Assembly (NCBI GenBank): GCA_021432655.1
Contig: MU271358.1
Coordinates: forward strand, 1 to 58,574
Source: Atractiella rhizophila
Taxonomy: Eukaryota
Direction: 5' to 3'
DNA: 58,574 nt
Of this stretch, positions 25,401 to 39,432 are shown one piece after another. The notes under the pieces were generated by a model. The model was not told the origin of the DNA. It ran no database searches and saw only the letters and a list, made by a program, of their open reading frames with translations. The stretch's first letter is position 1; each line of letters opens with the position of its first letter. The translations under genes and the position numbers were made by a program.

Positions 25401-27269
25401 GACCAGACCATGCGACGTGACAATTCAGCCCCAGGACACTTCCTGACCTCTGCAAGAAATACGAAAGCAGACACAAAGATCACGTCAGCAGGGGAAGACA
25501 TAATTTCTCAAATTACAATCAGTATAACGGTGCACATCAATCACTCTGTGCCGATTGGTAATAATGCCTTAAAACGTTCCCTTAGCTAAGAACTGGTAAA
25601 GAAATTAAGCGAAGGAAAGAGTGGGTCAACAACCATGGATCAATGAGATTGTCATGTTTCCCTTTGCGCAAACACGTGACGACATCGAGAAAGGACAAAA
25701 TAGGTGTTGGAAGTGAGGGAGACTGGATAGCAGCGGTGATTTGATGAATCTCGATTTTTGCGCTTCCTTCATAGAAAATCGTGAAGGAAAAAAAGCGACA
25801 GGAATATAAAAGCAGCTGGGAAACATATCCCTCGCGAAGGGTGATCGCACTGTAGCAGCCACAAAAGATAGATCCTATCGAGAACACCCAATCCGTTGCG
25901 TGGGTGTCATAATGTCGTAGCTTCATTTTGGGCCTTTTAGCCCATCCCGGCGGACACGTAAGTAACAGGGCTGACGCTTCCCTTCCATGCAATCTTTCAG
26001 AGAGCGACGAGAATCGATGGCTCTTGTCACCTATGTGAGTGATACTTGCTCTCCGAAATATCTCAAGAAGTAATGTGTAGGCAAGGAAGTGCCAATTGGA
26101 CGAGAACTCGAAACGAGCTTACTTGAACATAAGTCTACTCCTTCCGTCCCGATCCACAAAGACAGTTATTGTCTCCTCCCGTGTCAGTCCATGACTCCTC
26201 AGCCGTTCTCTAGGAAATAAAAGTAACGTGAAATAGAGTGAGAGAAGGAAAGTCCAGGTAAACTTGCATCGTTGCCTCCCTCCTTATCTTGGGACACAAG
26301 CCGCAGGATAACGCGAAACACCATGGAATTTAAGGTAATAGTCTCCAAGGAAAAAAGATGGGCTTAGCAAGAACGGGCACTTCTTTGAATCCTTACTTTA
26401 TTACAATGCAATAGGCTCATTTCCTTTTGCTGCACATTTTTGGATCAATCCCCACAGACGCGTAAAACAGCTGACAAAATTCCGTCAATACTTCGCGAGA
26501 GCGGGAACATCGCCAGTTGTATCAGTTATGTTAAAGCCACGATCTCTTGCTCTCAAGAGAGATTTCGGAATAGAAAGGAGTATGTTTTGAACTTCCAGCT
26601 GCAAGGCGTGAACGCACCCGATTATCACTTCACATCCATCAGCTATTCCAAACCACACAAAGCTGATTACCCTATCACATCCTCCTCAAGCTTTCTCTCG
26701 ATAGTCATTGTTCAAGGGTAGAAAGAGGGATCAAATTTGAGCATCGAATAACTTGAGCGAACGAGAACAGGGTAAACTGCATCGTGAAGGGCAGACTCCT
26801 TAAGAAGGGTGAAGTTACAGGATAACTCGAAACGCGATGAGATTTCAATGCAATTGCGCACAAAACGCGGTCTTTTCGCTTCTTCTTCGTTTCTGTTTCA
26901 CCATCTCCCCAATTCTGATCCACTTCCATACCCTCATCATGGGTAAGGGGAGAAAAGAGCATGAGCGATTTCATTCGCTGTTTCTGCTCCCCGAATAATC
27001 TAACTTGTTGGATAGGGGCTAAAGGCCATGGACGGTCATGTGAGCGGGAAAGAGGATGGGATTCTGAGAAGATCATGGAAGACGAACATTCTAGCCGTGT
27101 TTATGCGTGCACGTGTGCCCGCCGCCCTGCGAGTCATCGGCCGTACCCGCTGTACATCCCCTTCCTTCTTCCCGCCACTTCCCGCCCTCCACCTTGACAA
27201 CGACGATATCTTCCACCGGCTCTCCTGTGGCCCCGTGGTTGCTGTTAGATTACTAGACTCTGAACGAAG

Positions 27270-28605
27270 ATGGCTTCCAAGAAGTTTTTTGTGGATGCTC
27301 CAAAGTGTTACAAGTGCGAAAAGACCGTTTATGCTGCTGAGCAGGTATGCATTCCTTTCTCACTTACGAGCTGCTATGTTGACAGAGACTGGTCATGGAA
27401 TAGGTCATTGGGCCTGCTAACAAGGTATTTAGTCTATCCTCTTGATTCACTGCACCTTCTAATCCATTTTTGGGGTCATTGCAAGAAATATCACAAATCC
27501 TGTCTCGGTCTGTCCTTCCTCTTGTAATCCTTAACAATCTCAATTGCGAATGACAGTCTGTGTCGTCTGCTCGAAGCGTCTTGACTCTCTTGCCCTTCTC
27601 GAACATAACGGACAACCCTACTGCAAGCTCCACCACGCCGCCGCCACACTCTCCCATGGTCCGCTGTACCCAACGCGGGATCCCAACCCCCTCTCCCGGT
27701 CCGTCCCCGCTTCAGCTTCTCGCCCATCTGGCGTCGGCGCACCGCCGACGAGGAGCTTCAGTAAACCGATCTCGAACGAGGAGGTGAGGAGGACGGATTG
27801 GGCGAAGAATAATCCAGCGACCTCGAGCCAGGAAAACCTCAGTCTGGGAGGAGGATGGGAGGAGGGAACCAGCGTCGGGAACGCTAGTATCCCTTCCATC
27901 ATCGGGACGGAGGACCCAGAGCATATGGAGGAGATCGAACAAGTCGTGCCTCCCGATAAAGAAGGCGAGGGAGAGTTTGATCTCCCGTTTGCCCTGAACG
28001 TTCGCGGAAGGGGTGCGTCCTTCCAGCCTTAAACCCATCCATGTCATCTTCTCCCTAACGTCATCAACAGGTGACTCCCTTGGTGGACTTACCCCTGGAA
28101 CTGGAATTGTCCGAGCTTCCTCTCCCGCCGCCTCCGTCACCAGTAACGGCGCAAGGTCAGTCACGTCGGTGACGAGCAGTGGGAAAGTGGGAGGCGGTGA
28201 TTTGTGTAGGAGGTGCGGGAAGGTGGTCTACTTTGCTGAGGAGAAGAGGGCTGTTGGGCAGAAGTGGCACAAGAGGTTTGCCATCTTGCTTACCCTAACA
28301 GCCTCTCTGATTATCAACACAGTTGCCTGCGATGCGCAAGCTGCGATAAATCCTTGAGCTCTCATTTAGTGGAGAAGGACTCCTTGCCATATTGCAATCA
28401 GTGTTACAGCAAGAACTTTGGAAACCAGTACGTCCCTTCTTGTCTCCCCTTCCCCTCCCCCCCCCAACAAACGGCCTCAAAACCCAAAGGGTCCCCCCCC
28501 CGGCCTAAGCCCAAGGTAACAATTTGGCCGGTAAGGTCCCCCAACGTCCCTCAAAACCCTCCGGAACCCAACTTGGAATGCAAGTTGCCGGACATTGCTC
28601 TTTGA
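27270..28605 (+). CDS. Two-LIM-domain cysteine-rich (CRP/CSRP-like) protein
   Basis: CYKCEKTVYAAEQV..YHKSCL.CVVCSKRL..YCKLH and CRRCGKVVYFAEE..WHK.CLRCASCDKSL..PYCNQCYSKNFG. 3' end uncertain. Confidence 0.85.
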
Positions 28606-28711
28606 GTGCATATCAATTATGTCCTTGCTTGCTTGTTGATTCGATCGTGTAGTTGAATAATGTGAACACTTTGTACAGGGTAGCTTGAAATTGATTATCG
28701 TCATTACGTGA

Positions 28712-29781
28712 TTAGGGTCGCATCCACACCTTCCACCATCCCAGCCATCGACTCAACCATATGGCACTTGCAGCAACGATTCCTACAGCCAAAACGCTCC
28801 CAATCCATCCCATGGTCCACGACCATCCCACGACGAAGAGGAAAGTAATGACGCCCATCCATATCTTCGCACCGAGCCACATTGACAATTTCAGTCCTCT
28901 CACAAATCCTTCTTGCTCGTTCAATCTCGGGAAAGGCTGATCTGGGATGGGAACTCCAAGGAAATGGCACAATGGTTTCCATCCTTCTTCGATGTTATAG
29001 ACCAAGAGGTTTTCGGGTTTAATGGGGAGGGAGAGGATTTTGTCTTTGTATTCCCGGATGGAAGAGGAGCGAGTGTACATGTGTTTCCCGATTTGAGAAT
29101 GTGCCCTGGCTCCTTCAGCAAATGCTCGCAGTTGGTACACTAGGCTGTTCCATCATCTATCTCAACGCTGCGACGACCAGAAGAACGGAGTAGAGAGGAT
29201 GGAGCACGAACGTAGGAAACCACCAGGTCAGTAACACCCAAAGCCCCACATGTTTAAGCAACCACCCAATGGTCGATTGAAAGCTCTCCCACCACTTCTC
29301 CTCCTCCCTCGTCGTCAAGATCACCTTCACATCCTCCATCCCCTTCCCTTTCAGAAGGTAAGGCACCAGTGTCCCAGTCGGCTCGTCCACCGCAGCCTGA
29401 TATCCCTGGTACGCCGCAAGGAGAGGCTCAACAAAGTCACCGTCGCTTATCCTCAGCACCCTTATCCCATTCACGATATCCTGTCCCCGTCGAGCATCTC
29501 GCAGTAGAACGGCCATGTGGTGCACTGTCACATAATTGAGCGCTCGATTACGCAGGACGGGATTGCTTAAGCACGAAAGGTGGAAACAGACCTGGTCCAA
29601 ATCCCAAAATCTCTAAAGCCGCTTTTAGGCTCAGAGTCCCTGTCCGTGGAGGTGTGGCACCTAGAACGCGCAGGGTAGGAGGCGCCCAGTTAGGATGGGA
29701 CGAGGTGACTTGATTTTCGTACGAAGGGAATGGCTCAGGATCAGCAAAGGGATCTGTGAGCCAGCGCGGTTCCCTTCATGC
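28712..29781 (-). CDS. P-loop sulfotransferase-like family protein with C-terminal hydrophobic segments
   Basis: PRTGTLSLKAALEILGFGP.HHM, GYQAAVDEP, KVILTTRE.EKWWESF, ENLLVYNIEEGWKPLCHFLGVPIPDQPFPRLN. Start approximate. Confidence 0.8.
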
Positions 29782-30446
29782 ATTTGCATTAGCTCGCTTG
29801 GACATTTAGAGTTAGAGAGGGATGCAAGGACGTACCTTCTACTTTTGGCCATTTTGACGAGAAGCAAAGGAGAAGGCAGAGGTGGAGAACTCCCCTTTTA
29901 TGCGATTGATCAAGTTGTCCGTAGCATTTAGTCCTTCCAAGTCTGTTGACTTCTGTCCACATTGTGCGGGGACTTCGTGAAGGGTGGGTGGGCAAGGTAA
30001 TGACGGTGAGTATTGGCTTGAGATGGAGATATGCCTGGAGACATGCATGGATACCAATAGGATTGATATCATCATTGGGAAGCATGCGTCTAGATGCGTC
30101 ACTGTCAAATCAGCTACTAATAGCCCACAAGGCAAGACCCGCACCTGGCTCAGCTTTTCGGCACCACTTGAACATACTGTATCTTGTGTCTCTTTCAGTC
30201 CTCGTTACCTGCTCAGCAGTGTAAAGGAAATGCAACAAAATAATGTGACAAATAATATTGTGCCACGAGGACATTAGGATATCATACGATCTTGGACAGG
30301 CAAACGGATTAAAAGCGAATGGACTGAAACACGAAGGTTGAGAGTAGATCATACAACCGATCATGGAATGAGGAGTCTGTCCTTGAATTTGTGGTTGGAC
30401 AGAATGAAGAGAAGCGGAATCTCGAATCTCGAATCGAAGGGTCGTT

Positions 30447-32071
30447 TCAGCCATACCACTGTCCACCAGTTCCGCCCTACAAATGTCAAACGGTCAATTT
30501 GCTTCATCTCTATGAAAGAGGAAGACGAAGAAAAGGACGCACCGTCGGTCCTGCCTCTGCTCTTCTTGACGGGATAATAGGTGCCTTTCCCCTTAATCCA
30601 AAATTGTCGATCCCCTCCTGTTGACATCACCATATTGCATCAGCAACTGTTAGGAGAAAGAGGAGTTGGAGGATGAGACGAACCTCCCACAGCTCTTCTG
30701 TCAATTCTAACACTAACTGAAGCTTCTGCATCCCCTGATTCTTCTCATCTTCATCCGCAGGGTCCGTGCAATCTATGATCCAGACCATCAGCTTCATCTT
30801 TCGGGGACATGAAATTAAGGAGAGCGACGCACAAACGATGTATCCACCTTCGTCCGTCTCCTCCAAACACGCCTTGCCTTCCCTAATCAGAAAGCTAAAA
30901 TAGAATAAATTCTCGACCGTCTGACTAAATGATTCTGGGTTGAAAATGAAGGATACGAAGTCGGTTCCATTGGGACCGAGACCGTCGAGGATGTCGTGGA
31001 TTTGCTTCACTATTTTATCTGTGCTGTTCTCGCTCTGTACAATGTCGTCCTTTGTAAGTTCTTGTGGTCTGACCCGTTGTGTTTCGTCCACCCTTGCACG
31101 CTGTGTACGGACGATGACCCGTTTTTCTTTTACGATGGAGAGCGGACCATTCCTATATCCAGCACCACAACAGGTGGTGAGAATGGTCGGAGGAAAATAG
31201 TGGAGGAGATGAGAGGTAGAGAAAGAATGACAAACATGAAGTCTGCTCCCGTGATAGCTCTGCAATGCCGCATAGCAATCTGCCCAACCTTCTTCCAGTC
31301 CAACACCGTCCGTCTTCCCTCTTCTTCTTCTTCCTCATCCTCTCCGTCCGCATCCTGAGAAGCGCCAGCACCTAACCTCCTCCCGCCCATGAAAGCTCTG
31401 AGTTTGACAATGTAGTCTGCCATGTCAAATTCGCTGCTGTCCACTTTCAATGCCCGGATCTTCGAAGATCCAAGGTCAGCTGCGAGGACGAGGAGGCGGG
31501 AATCGAGCGTCGCTTCTTGTGGTGCTTTTACTGCATAGGACGAATATCATCTAGATGAGATAACGGTGCAGTATGAGTAGGGATGACGAACCTTTAGAAA
31601 ATAATTTATCTGCCCCTTTCACCAGCGAGGTAAGTTCATCTACCCCGGTTTCTGCTAGCGCTCCTCGAATTTCTACCGAACGAAGCAACATATCCATCAT
31701 CTTCCCCTTTTACATGCGAAAAAGGAGCGAAAGGGCTAACCATCGATTGCTTCTAGCTTTTCCCTATACTTTCTCCTAATCTTCCGCTTCTCTTCCTTAT
31801 CCTGATTCGGGTCATAATCCTCCTCGCTTTCCTCCTCTGCACCTTCCGCCTCCTCATTAGAATCCACGTCCATATCCTCCTCCTCCCTCGCTTTCCCTTT
31901 CGGTCCCTTCCCATTAGGCTTCGGCTTAGCAATCTTCCTCTTCCCTCCTGCTCCTCGCTCGTCCCCAGAAGACATAGACGCGTCCTCCTCCTCTGACATT
32001 TCTTTTTCCGCAACTACTTGACGACGACGCGTACGGTTCTCTTTTTCGGACAATGATGAGTTTGAGGGCAT
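30447..32071 (-). CDS. NSE4: Smc5/6 complex kleisin subunit Nse4
   Basis: YDPNQDKEEKRKIRRKYR, VKAPQEATLDSRLLV, FMNGPLS, ENST, FIFNPESFSQTVENLFYFSFLIREG, C-terminal ..GQWYG*. Confidence 0.9.
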
Positions 32072-32245
32072 GCTCCTAAGTTCAAAAGGTAAGTAGTCGC
32101 GTGGGTGCGAGAATTTGAGCGCGTCGTTATTTTGAGGCCCCGAGAGTAGACAGGCTGAGGGGCGAGGAGCAGTCCGCGACCTGCGCGAGCATCCCGAGTC
32201 TATACTCATCTCCTTCTTCGAGCCCTTTAACGCACGACAGAGGAT

Positions 32246-33728
32246 ATGTCGTCAGACGAAGCAGACTACACGCCTGCCCTGCCTCCCGACCTGCTCCCCG
32301 CCAAAGCGTCCACCTCCAGCCCTCCCAAACCACCAACCATAGGTCCCTCTCGTCCCACCTTCGCCGACCTCTCCGTCCCTATCTCACGTCCGCTCCCCGC
32401 TCCTGACGATTCAGATGATGACTATGGGCCAATGCCACTCCCAGCTGGGGTGTCTGCACCGGAATCCGATGTGAGGAGCGAGTGGATGGCGAGGGAAGAG
32501 GAGAGAGAACGTGGAGAGAAGGAGAGGGAGGAGAAGCGGTTGGAGAGGCCGGAATGGATGATTAAGCCTCCAGAGAATTTGGGGTTTAGTGGTACGTCTT
32601 CGTCCATTTAATTGTGGTGGGAGGTCGATATTGATACTTTTTTTGTGCTTGGGGTGTAGTCCCTGATCCTACTAAGCTTAAAGCTAGAGGGTTTATGCAG
32701 ACCAACCGCCCGCATAAGGCGGTGACGTCTTCTTCGAAGGACAACTCTCTGTGGACTGAAACCAAAGCGTCCACCTCCAGCCCTCCCAAACCACCAACCA
32801 TAGGTCCCTCTCGTCCCACCTTCGCCGACCTCTCCGTCCCCATTTCACGTCCTCTTCCCGCTCCTGACGATTCAGATGATGACTATGGGCCAATGCCACT
32901 CCCAGCTGGGGTGTCTGCACCGGAATCCGATGTGAGGACCGAGTGGATGGCGAGGGAAGAGGAGAGAGAACGTGGAGAGAAGGAGAGGGAGGAGAAACGG
33001 TTGGAGAGACCGGAATGGATGATTAAGCCTCCAGAGAATTTGGGGTTTAGTGGTACGCCCTCTTCTATTTAATTGCGGCGGGAGGTCAGCATTGATACTT
33101 TGTTTGTGCTTGGGGTGTAGTGCCTGATCCTACCAAGCTTAAAGCTAGAGGGTTTATGCAGACCAACCGCCCGCATAAGGCGGTGACGTCTTCTTCGAAG
33201 GACAACTCTCTGTGGACTGAAACGCCTCAGGAACGCGCTCAAAGGTTGGAGGATGAGGTGCTTGGGAAGAGGAAGAGGGCAACGGTGGAAGGAGGTGATG
33301 AGGAGGAAGATGAAGGAGAGCGGAGGAAGAAGAAGAGGGATGAGGAGATGAGGGAGAAGGTACGAGAGTTGGAGGGTGAGGGGTATCGGAATGAGAGTTT
33401 GGTAGAGAAGCATAGGAAGAAGATGGAGGAGGATACGAGTTCGAAATCTCGGAAGAAGGAGAAGAAGGAGAGAGAGAAGAAGGAAAAGAAAGATAGGAAA
33501 GAAAAGAAGGACAAGGATAAAGAGCGGAGTCGGAAGGAGAAGAAGAAGAAGCGTCGGAAGGAGGAGGATGATGATAGTGAAGAGGAGGATGAGAAGCCTC
33601 CTGCTATCTGGGATCATGACCGTGATATGGGTTTGAAGGGGAGGTTGATGGACGAGAAGAGTCGTAATAAGTACATTGCAGGAGCAAAGGATTTAGGCTC
33701 CAAGTTTGGCGGTGGCTCGTATCTTTGA
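32246..33728 (+). CDS. GPALPP1: DUF3752 / GPALPP motif-containing protein, with internal in-frame duplication in this assembly
   Basis: PALPP, IGPSRP, YGPMP, RPEWMIKPP, DPTKLKARGF, SLWTETPQERAQRLEDEVLG, SLVEKH, WDHDRDM, LGSKFGGGSYL. Confidence 0.8.
32301..33222. repeat. 461-bp direct tandem duplication (32301-32761 / 32762-33222)
   Basis: ccaaagcgtccacctccagc...gtggactgaaa occurs twice. Differences are concentrated in the 68-nt intron. Confidence 0.95.
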
Positions 33729-34079
33729 TTTCTTCCCTTGCCATGTTTTATAGGCTTCTGTCAATGTCATTCGAGGTTGCACTTGGATATCTTAAATTCT
33801 GCCCTTTCGACAACTCTGAAGGAACGACTTGAGCTTGAAATTGTCCTCAAGCTACTGAGTAGATTAAATGCAAGTTTTAACGAAAAAAAAAACGGATGGT
33901 TCATCAACTCAACTCACTCTCAAAAATGAAAAGGGGAGAAATAAGGGAAGAAGGAAAGGAGAAGCTAGTTACATATGTGCTAGAAAGATCGAACGAGCGA
34001 ATTCGCTCAAAGTCCTTTCTCCGTAATCAATCGTCCACTACACTTTATTGTAGCATCAAATGTCCAGGATCGATTGGAA

Positions 34080-36251
34080 TTAAGCGAAGACACTCCATAG
34101 TCCTGCACTCATGCCAATAGCCAAAAAGGTCGACAACACGATAGCGATCGTTGGGATCTGGACGCGAGGAGAGGAGTTATTGAAAGGCTGGTAGACGGTT
34201 GGACTAGGTGAAGCTGTCGTGGTATCACTGCCTGTGCCACCTTGGGTGTACTAAAATCATCGAAATAACCGATGGGTCAGTACACACTCTGACTCCATTC
34301 ATCATGGAGAGAGGGACGGAAAGTAGACGCACGTTTCCGATCGGCCTCGTTTGGTCCTCAAATTTGCACGAAGCGTCTTGACAGAGACAACGGTTCTTGA
34401 TCGGGTCAAAGAAAGCAGTTGAACAGTTCGCTGGCAGTCTGTAGCGCACGCCGGAAGCGCTGCTTTGAGGAGGTACGGGGTTGGCTGGAGTGGGAGGCTC
34501 GATGGGGCAGCCGTAGCAAGTCGTCCTATAATTCAATTAATAGGGTGGCGATGAGAAGGGAAGGATTGTATACCAAGGGAAATCAACGAATGGGCAGTTT
34601 TCTAGGAGGCCGACTTCGTTGGGGTACATTCCGTTACAGATGTTTTCAGTCACTGAAGGGACAGAGCATCCCAGTTCAGTAACGCTGGCAATGTTGGCAT
34701 TCGTCACTGGGTTCTTGAGCCAAGCGAGCATCTGAGCGTTGCTCACGATCCACACGTTCGGGTGTTGTTGCACCCAATCCAGGAATGCGTTCACCATGTT
34801 GATCTCATCCACGGGGTCCGGGACACCTGGATACCCAGTGGCGAGATGGATGGGGTGGAAGTAAAGACCGAACGGTGCGCGATTGCCTTCGTAGTGGTTT
34901 CTATGAGCCGTTAAATCAATCAGCATCGCCGGAGGAAGACGGAGAAAGGTTGGGAGGCAAACGTGAAAGCGTTCTGGAGCCAGCTTTGGACGTCGGCTTG
35001 GTTGTCGGAATCGAGGTAGGGATCCATCAACTGTCCATCCATGCATCTATCAGCGTCTTTATCCTGAGAGGATTGAAAGTAGCGCACATGTACTCCCGCT
35101 TGCTGCCTCTCATCATAAACACCGTACATAGGGATCTCCCACAAACCGGGCAGCTTCAGTTGACCTTGACAGATTCCCTCCACATTCAGACAGTCATTCG
35201 CCATGCCATAATCGAGGGTGTACGGCCAGAAACAATCAGTATCCGTATTGTTGCATGGCGTCGCGGAAGTTGATGATGAATCGTACTGTCACCACCACGA
35301 ATCAACCATCATCACCCCGAAAAGGGAGAAGCGACGACGAACTGTAAACTGAGCTTGATGCAACTGGGTTAAGGTATCAGCCGAATATGACAGATACGGG
35401 GCACGGAAGCCGATGATGTCGGAGAGGGGGATGCCGGAGAAGGAGTTAAGTGCTTTCAGGTTCCCCTGAATCTCGGCGGAAGGAGGGATGCCAACATGCG
35501 TCATCTATTCATTGGTTTGTGATGAGGAATGAAAAGGAAGAAGGAAGACAAACGGTGTGGTCCGCGATCTCGTTGCCGGCCACGAACCAATCCGTCACCT
35601 GTGTGTCCCAAAAGCATCGTCAGGAGTTGCTCGATATGCCCCTGGCGCTGTTTGGGGAGTGGGCCAATAGAGGGGTGATGACGATGAGGAGAAGCAGGGC
35701 GAACCATGGAATAATTGGTGTAATTCAACGAAGTAAAATAAGTCATTTTTGGAGCACAACCATTTGGATTCCTCCGGTGAGCGAGGAAGCCGTTGATGGT
35801 ATCTATCGTATATTTTTGGACCGCATCGTCTGCTGTGAGAGTGACGAATTGGGGGACATCCGTTGGTGCCAACCCTTCACGACACACGTCGATTATCAGT
35901 TCGGAAGGAAGAAGATTGGTAGGAGGAGACTCACCGCCGGGAGGGACAACCTGGGCACATTGGCAGTTTGGAAGCTTGCATTGTGAAGCGTCACATGTAT
36001 ATCCAGCAGCCTGCGGGCTCGATGTTGGTCCGCTACATTAAACCGATTCCGCCAGCAACAAGAAAAGATTGTGAAGTCAGTTTTCACGACCTCGGTTAGA
36101 TGCTTGGCTAGGGCACAAAGGGGTCATTTCGGAGGGAAACGCACTCAAGAGCGCCTCCTTCGCCAGATGGGCCATTGGTGTTCCCTTGGGAGAGGACAAG
36201 CGAAGGGAAGAGGAAGGCGAGCGCAAGAAGGGGAGGGAGCGTGGAGCGCAT
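34080..36251 (-). CDS. Secreted, probably GPI-anchored CE4 polysaccharide (chitin) deacetylase-like protein
   Basis: Signal MRSTLPPLLALAFLFPSLVLS; PQFVTLTADDA, RNPNGC..TYF, DHTMTHVG, GFRAPYL, GLWEIPMY, HYEGNRAPFGLYFH; C-terminal S/T stretch followed by a hydrophobic tail. Confidence 0.88.
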
Positions 36252-37030
36252 GGCGAGCTGTTGTTGGCTTCGTCGTCAAACTGACGGGGAAGCTTTTTTA
36301 GAAGGTTTAGTTGTAGGACTAAGCAACACGTGACTGACAACATATCTTCAGTTGATTCAGGAATATCAGCAGAATCTCGAGGTATGACGGTATAATGTGA
36401 ACCCTATGAAACGGTCAGAGTGGAGTCTGATGCCTGGCGTTATATAACATATCAGTGAGCTACCAAATTATTGACACTCCGACACCATCGTCTTTCATTC
36501 TCTTTCTCGCTTTGGACTTTAGAAGGAGAATATGAGACTGTATCGCCCTTCTGCCTTTAATAAAGGCTTTTAGTGAGATTAAGAGACATGAGATGCCTAC
36601 TGTATCCCTTTTGCCAGCTGTGATAAAATGGCAGTGACTTCGGGACTTTGAATGTGACTATCTAGGGGTTTTCATCTCAATAAACCTGTGAGCTCTGCAG
36701 CACGAAGGCTTCACATATATCTTTGTCGAACTATTTGCGCGCTGCAGGTCGGCAGCTGTATTTTCTACTTTCGGCCATCCAAATTGTTTTGTCTGACTCT
36801 TTCCTATTATTCGCCTCACGCTTTCCTCATTGTATTTATAATTTCCCCTCCAGTGCATGGAGAGGGTAGAGAACAAAAGGGGCCTGAACTATGGTGTTGC
36901 ACTGGCTTTGGTCGGACCATGATCCATGACGTGGCGTTGGATACTTATTGGATGAATACTCCCTGCTTATGGCTTTACATAAGAGATTTGTTGTTTCTTT
37001 ATGCACATTTTACCTTATAAATACATGTTT

Positions 37031-37485
37031 TCAATCTGCGCCAAGTTATCACCAAATTTCTTGATGCGCAACGATGAGAGGAGAACTCACGGCGCACTTC
37101 AAACTTGCTGAACTTCTGCTCCATCACCTCCTGGGCTTCTACACCAGTGGGTTTTCCGGGGCCAGAAGACAACGCTGATTTGCTGTCGTGAAACCAGCAG
37201 TATCAATCGCTTTAGTCGAACTTGATTGAATGGGGTTGGAATGCGCACAACTTCTCCAACGCAGACTCTTCCGCCTCTGCCACGCCTTCTACACTCTTTC
37301 CATCCTGTCCTCATAAACGCAGTCAACGTTTTCTGCTCTGTTATTGGGAGCAGAGTAGACGAAAAACGAACATCCGTATTCCTGCACCATCCTTTCACTC
37401 CTAACCTCCTCGCTTGGTCTCGAGTAAACATACGGAATCCAACACCTTGAACCGAGCCGTCTACCCGAAATTTGATAGCTGGCAT
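37031..37485 (-). CDS. Acylphosphatase
   Basis: FRVDGSVQGVGFRMFT..A..LGVKGWCRNT/DGKSVEG..SGP..FEVR; 4 exons. Confidence 0.9.
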
Positions 37486-39432
37486 ATTTTCCCCCTTTTC
37501 TTTCCTATGAGTTCTTTTTGGAAACGGAAACGTTTGTGTGAGAGAATAGATGAATGACGCCCATCCCTTTGGCGGCTGGAAATGCGGTCATTGTGAATTG
37601 GATTTGAAATGGAATTGTTCACTGGCCGCTGGCTTGCTGCTGAGGTCAGATCGAAAGGCGCTCTTTTGGTATTCTTTGCAGCGAGTATTGGCTGATTTCT
37701 CGAACAGGTTTGCCCCCAACCCGTTCGCAGCACGAATTTGCTAACGCTGCAAGTCAGAGTTCGTATACTTGGAAACATCCGACTTCTCGGTACGAGAGCA
37801 GCTACGGCACAACGTTCGCTCATCCCCTCCGCCTGATGACCAGCTCCATTAAATGGTGTCTCGGTTGGCAGTGATGTCTTGAGACTTGAGATATGTCTCA
37901 AAATGCAACATTCTTTTCCTTCACGCCGTTGACTCGTCGACCTGTCATAATCTTTGCCTACTCCATCTCCATAGCGTACGGGTGGTAACCATGCAGATGA
38001 AAGGGTGGATGCAGGGAGGTTACACTCTTTCGTGACTTAATCTTATCGTAACGTAGTCATATCAACGTTTCTATAATAAATCCACCAGAAATCCTCCGTT
38101 CGACATTCGGGCTTCTCTTCTCCCAGATCAAACGAGAAATACTACTAGCATTAATACCTAAAATTACGGCTCTCTGTCCTTCCTAGCAATTGCTTACTTC
38201 GTCGCTTTCCTACCGCATCCTGGGATTTTCTCACGATTCCTCCGTCAACCTCAAACCTAGCGAATGATCCGCCCTCCCATCCCTCCAGCTCAACCACTCG
38301 CCTAGATGGAAGGCGCCTCTGCTGCTTCTGGCACTCCTTATCCGAGGTTCAACCAGCTAATCCGTCGCATTGACAGCCCTTCGCTACGAGACGAGAATTT
38401 GCCAACTCGATCTGGTTCGCCATCTCCCTCACACTTCAGATAAAGATCGTGTAATTCGGCTCCCCTAAAGTGCTTGTTGTTAAAGAAGGGAGAAGTCTTC
38501 AGGGAAATGTGGGAGAATGGGAAACAAACGCGACATTGGCCGTCCTAGTTTCTTAACGAAGGAGTAAGTTTTGGTGTCACTTCGTGAATGGCAATAGAAG
38601 TGCCAAACAGAGTCTTGTTCACGACTTCATGTCATGATGGCATGTCTTTTATGAGCGCAAGCATAACTCCTGTGTAAACACAAACAGCAGTAAACGCTGC
38701 TAGACACAATGCATTTTTGGCCTACAAACTACATATTGTATGTCAAGCATGTCAACTGCAAGTCCTCTAACCTCCGACATCGATATCTCCCATAGTTTGA
38801 GGTGAAAAGAGAAACACGGGTATGAAAAAGGTGAATATTGTAAGAGCTGTTCTGCATGGAACACTGGAAATCCCACTCCCCATGCCGGATGCTTTTGGGG
38901 CCTCATAGGCGGAACATCTGAAAGTGAGAGATGTTACGCTGCCTCCATCAGGCTCTGCTTTAAGCTCACCTGGAGCAGGCAGCTTTTGCGTTACGAAACG
39001 TTATAACGCGTCCTCCTTGTGGCCACACAAATGAGGCTTGATCTACTCATGCGCCATCTAGTCGCGTAGCGCATTTCTCGCCACACTTTCGCTTTTCAGC
39101 TTTGTTTGATATGACAGGGAAATGGAGAGCTCACCCTTCAGTTAGGCGGCCGGAAACGTGGACGGAAACGCAGTGGAGCAGTTACATACATATATCTTGA
39201 AGCTTAGACGGAATCCTTGGCTAGGGCCTCTTCTTTAGAGTCAGTGGGCATCAGAGGAGGTGTTTTTAGCTCTTGGTGTGCATAGTTTTTCACTGTAAAT
39301 GTTGGCTGATTCGCCACGCAAGTTTTCGCTCTCCCGATCAATCTCGCGAAGCTTTATCGCAAATCAAATCCCTTTTTCTTCTCTTCTTCAGAGCAGTCCT
39401 CTTGCGAACTTTTCAGTGATACGAAAGCAGCT

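Noticed and set aside
20727..27269. Homeodomain gene as a mating-type HD1/HD2 locus
   Set aside because: No divergent HD1 partner was recognisable upstream; the next gene is a LIM protein.
28440..28575. Pro-rich C-terminal extension of the LIM protein
   Set aside because: This homopolymer-rich stretch follows a GTACGT donor-like site and looks like intron or low-quality sequence.
33069..33617. Hydrophobic minus-strand ORFs resembling membrane proteins (also 19766-20096 and 46580-47110)
   Set aside because: They are antisense shadows of K/E-rich purine-biased coding sequence.
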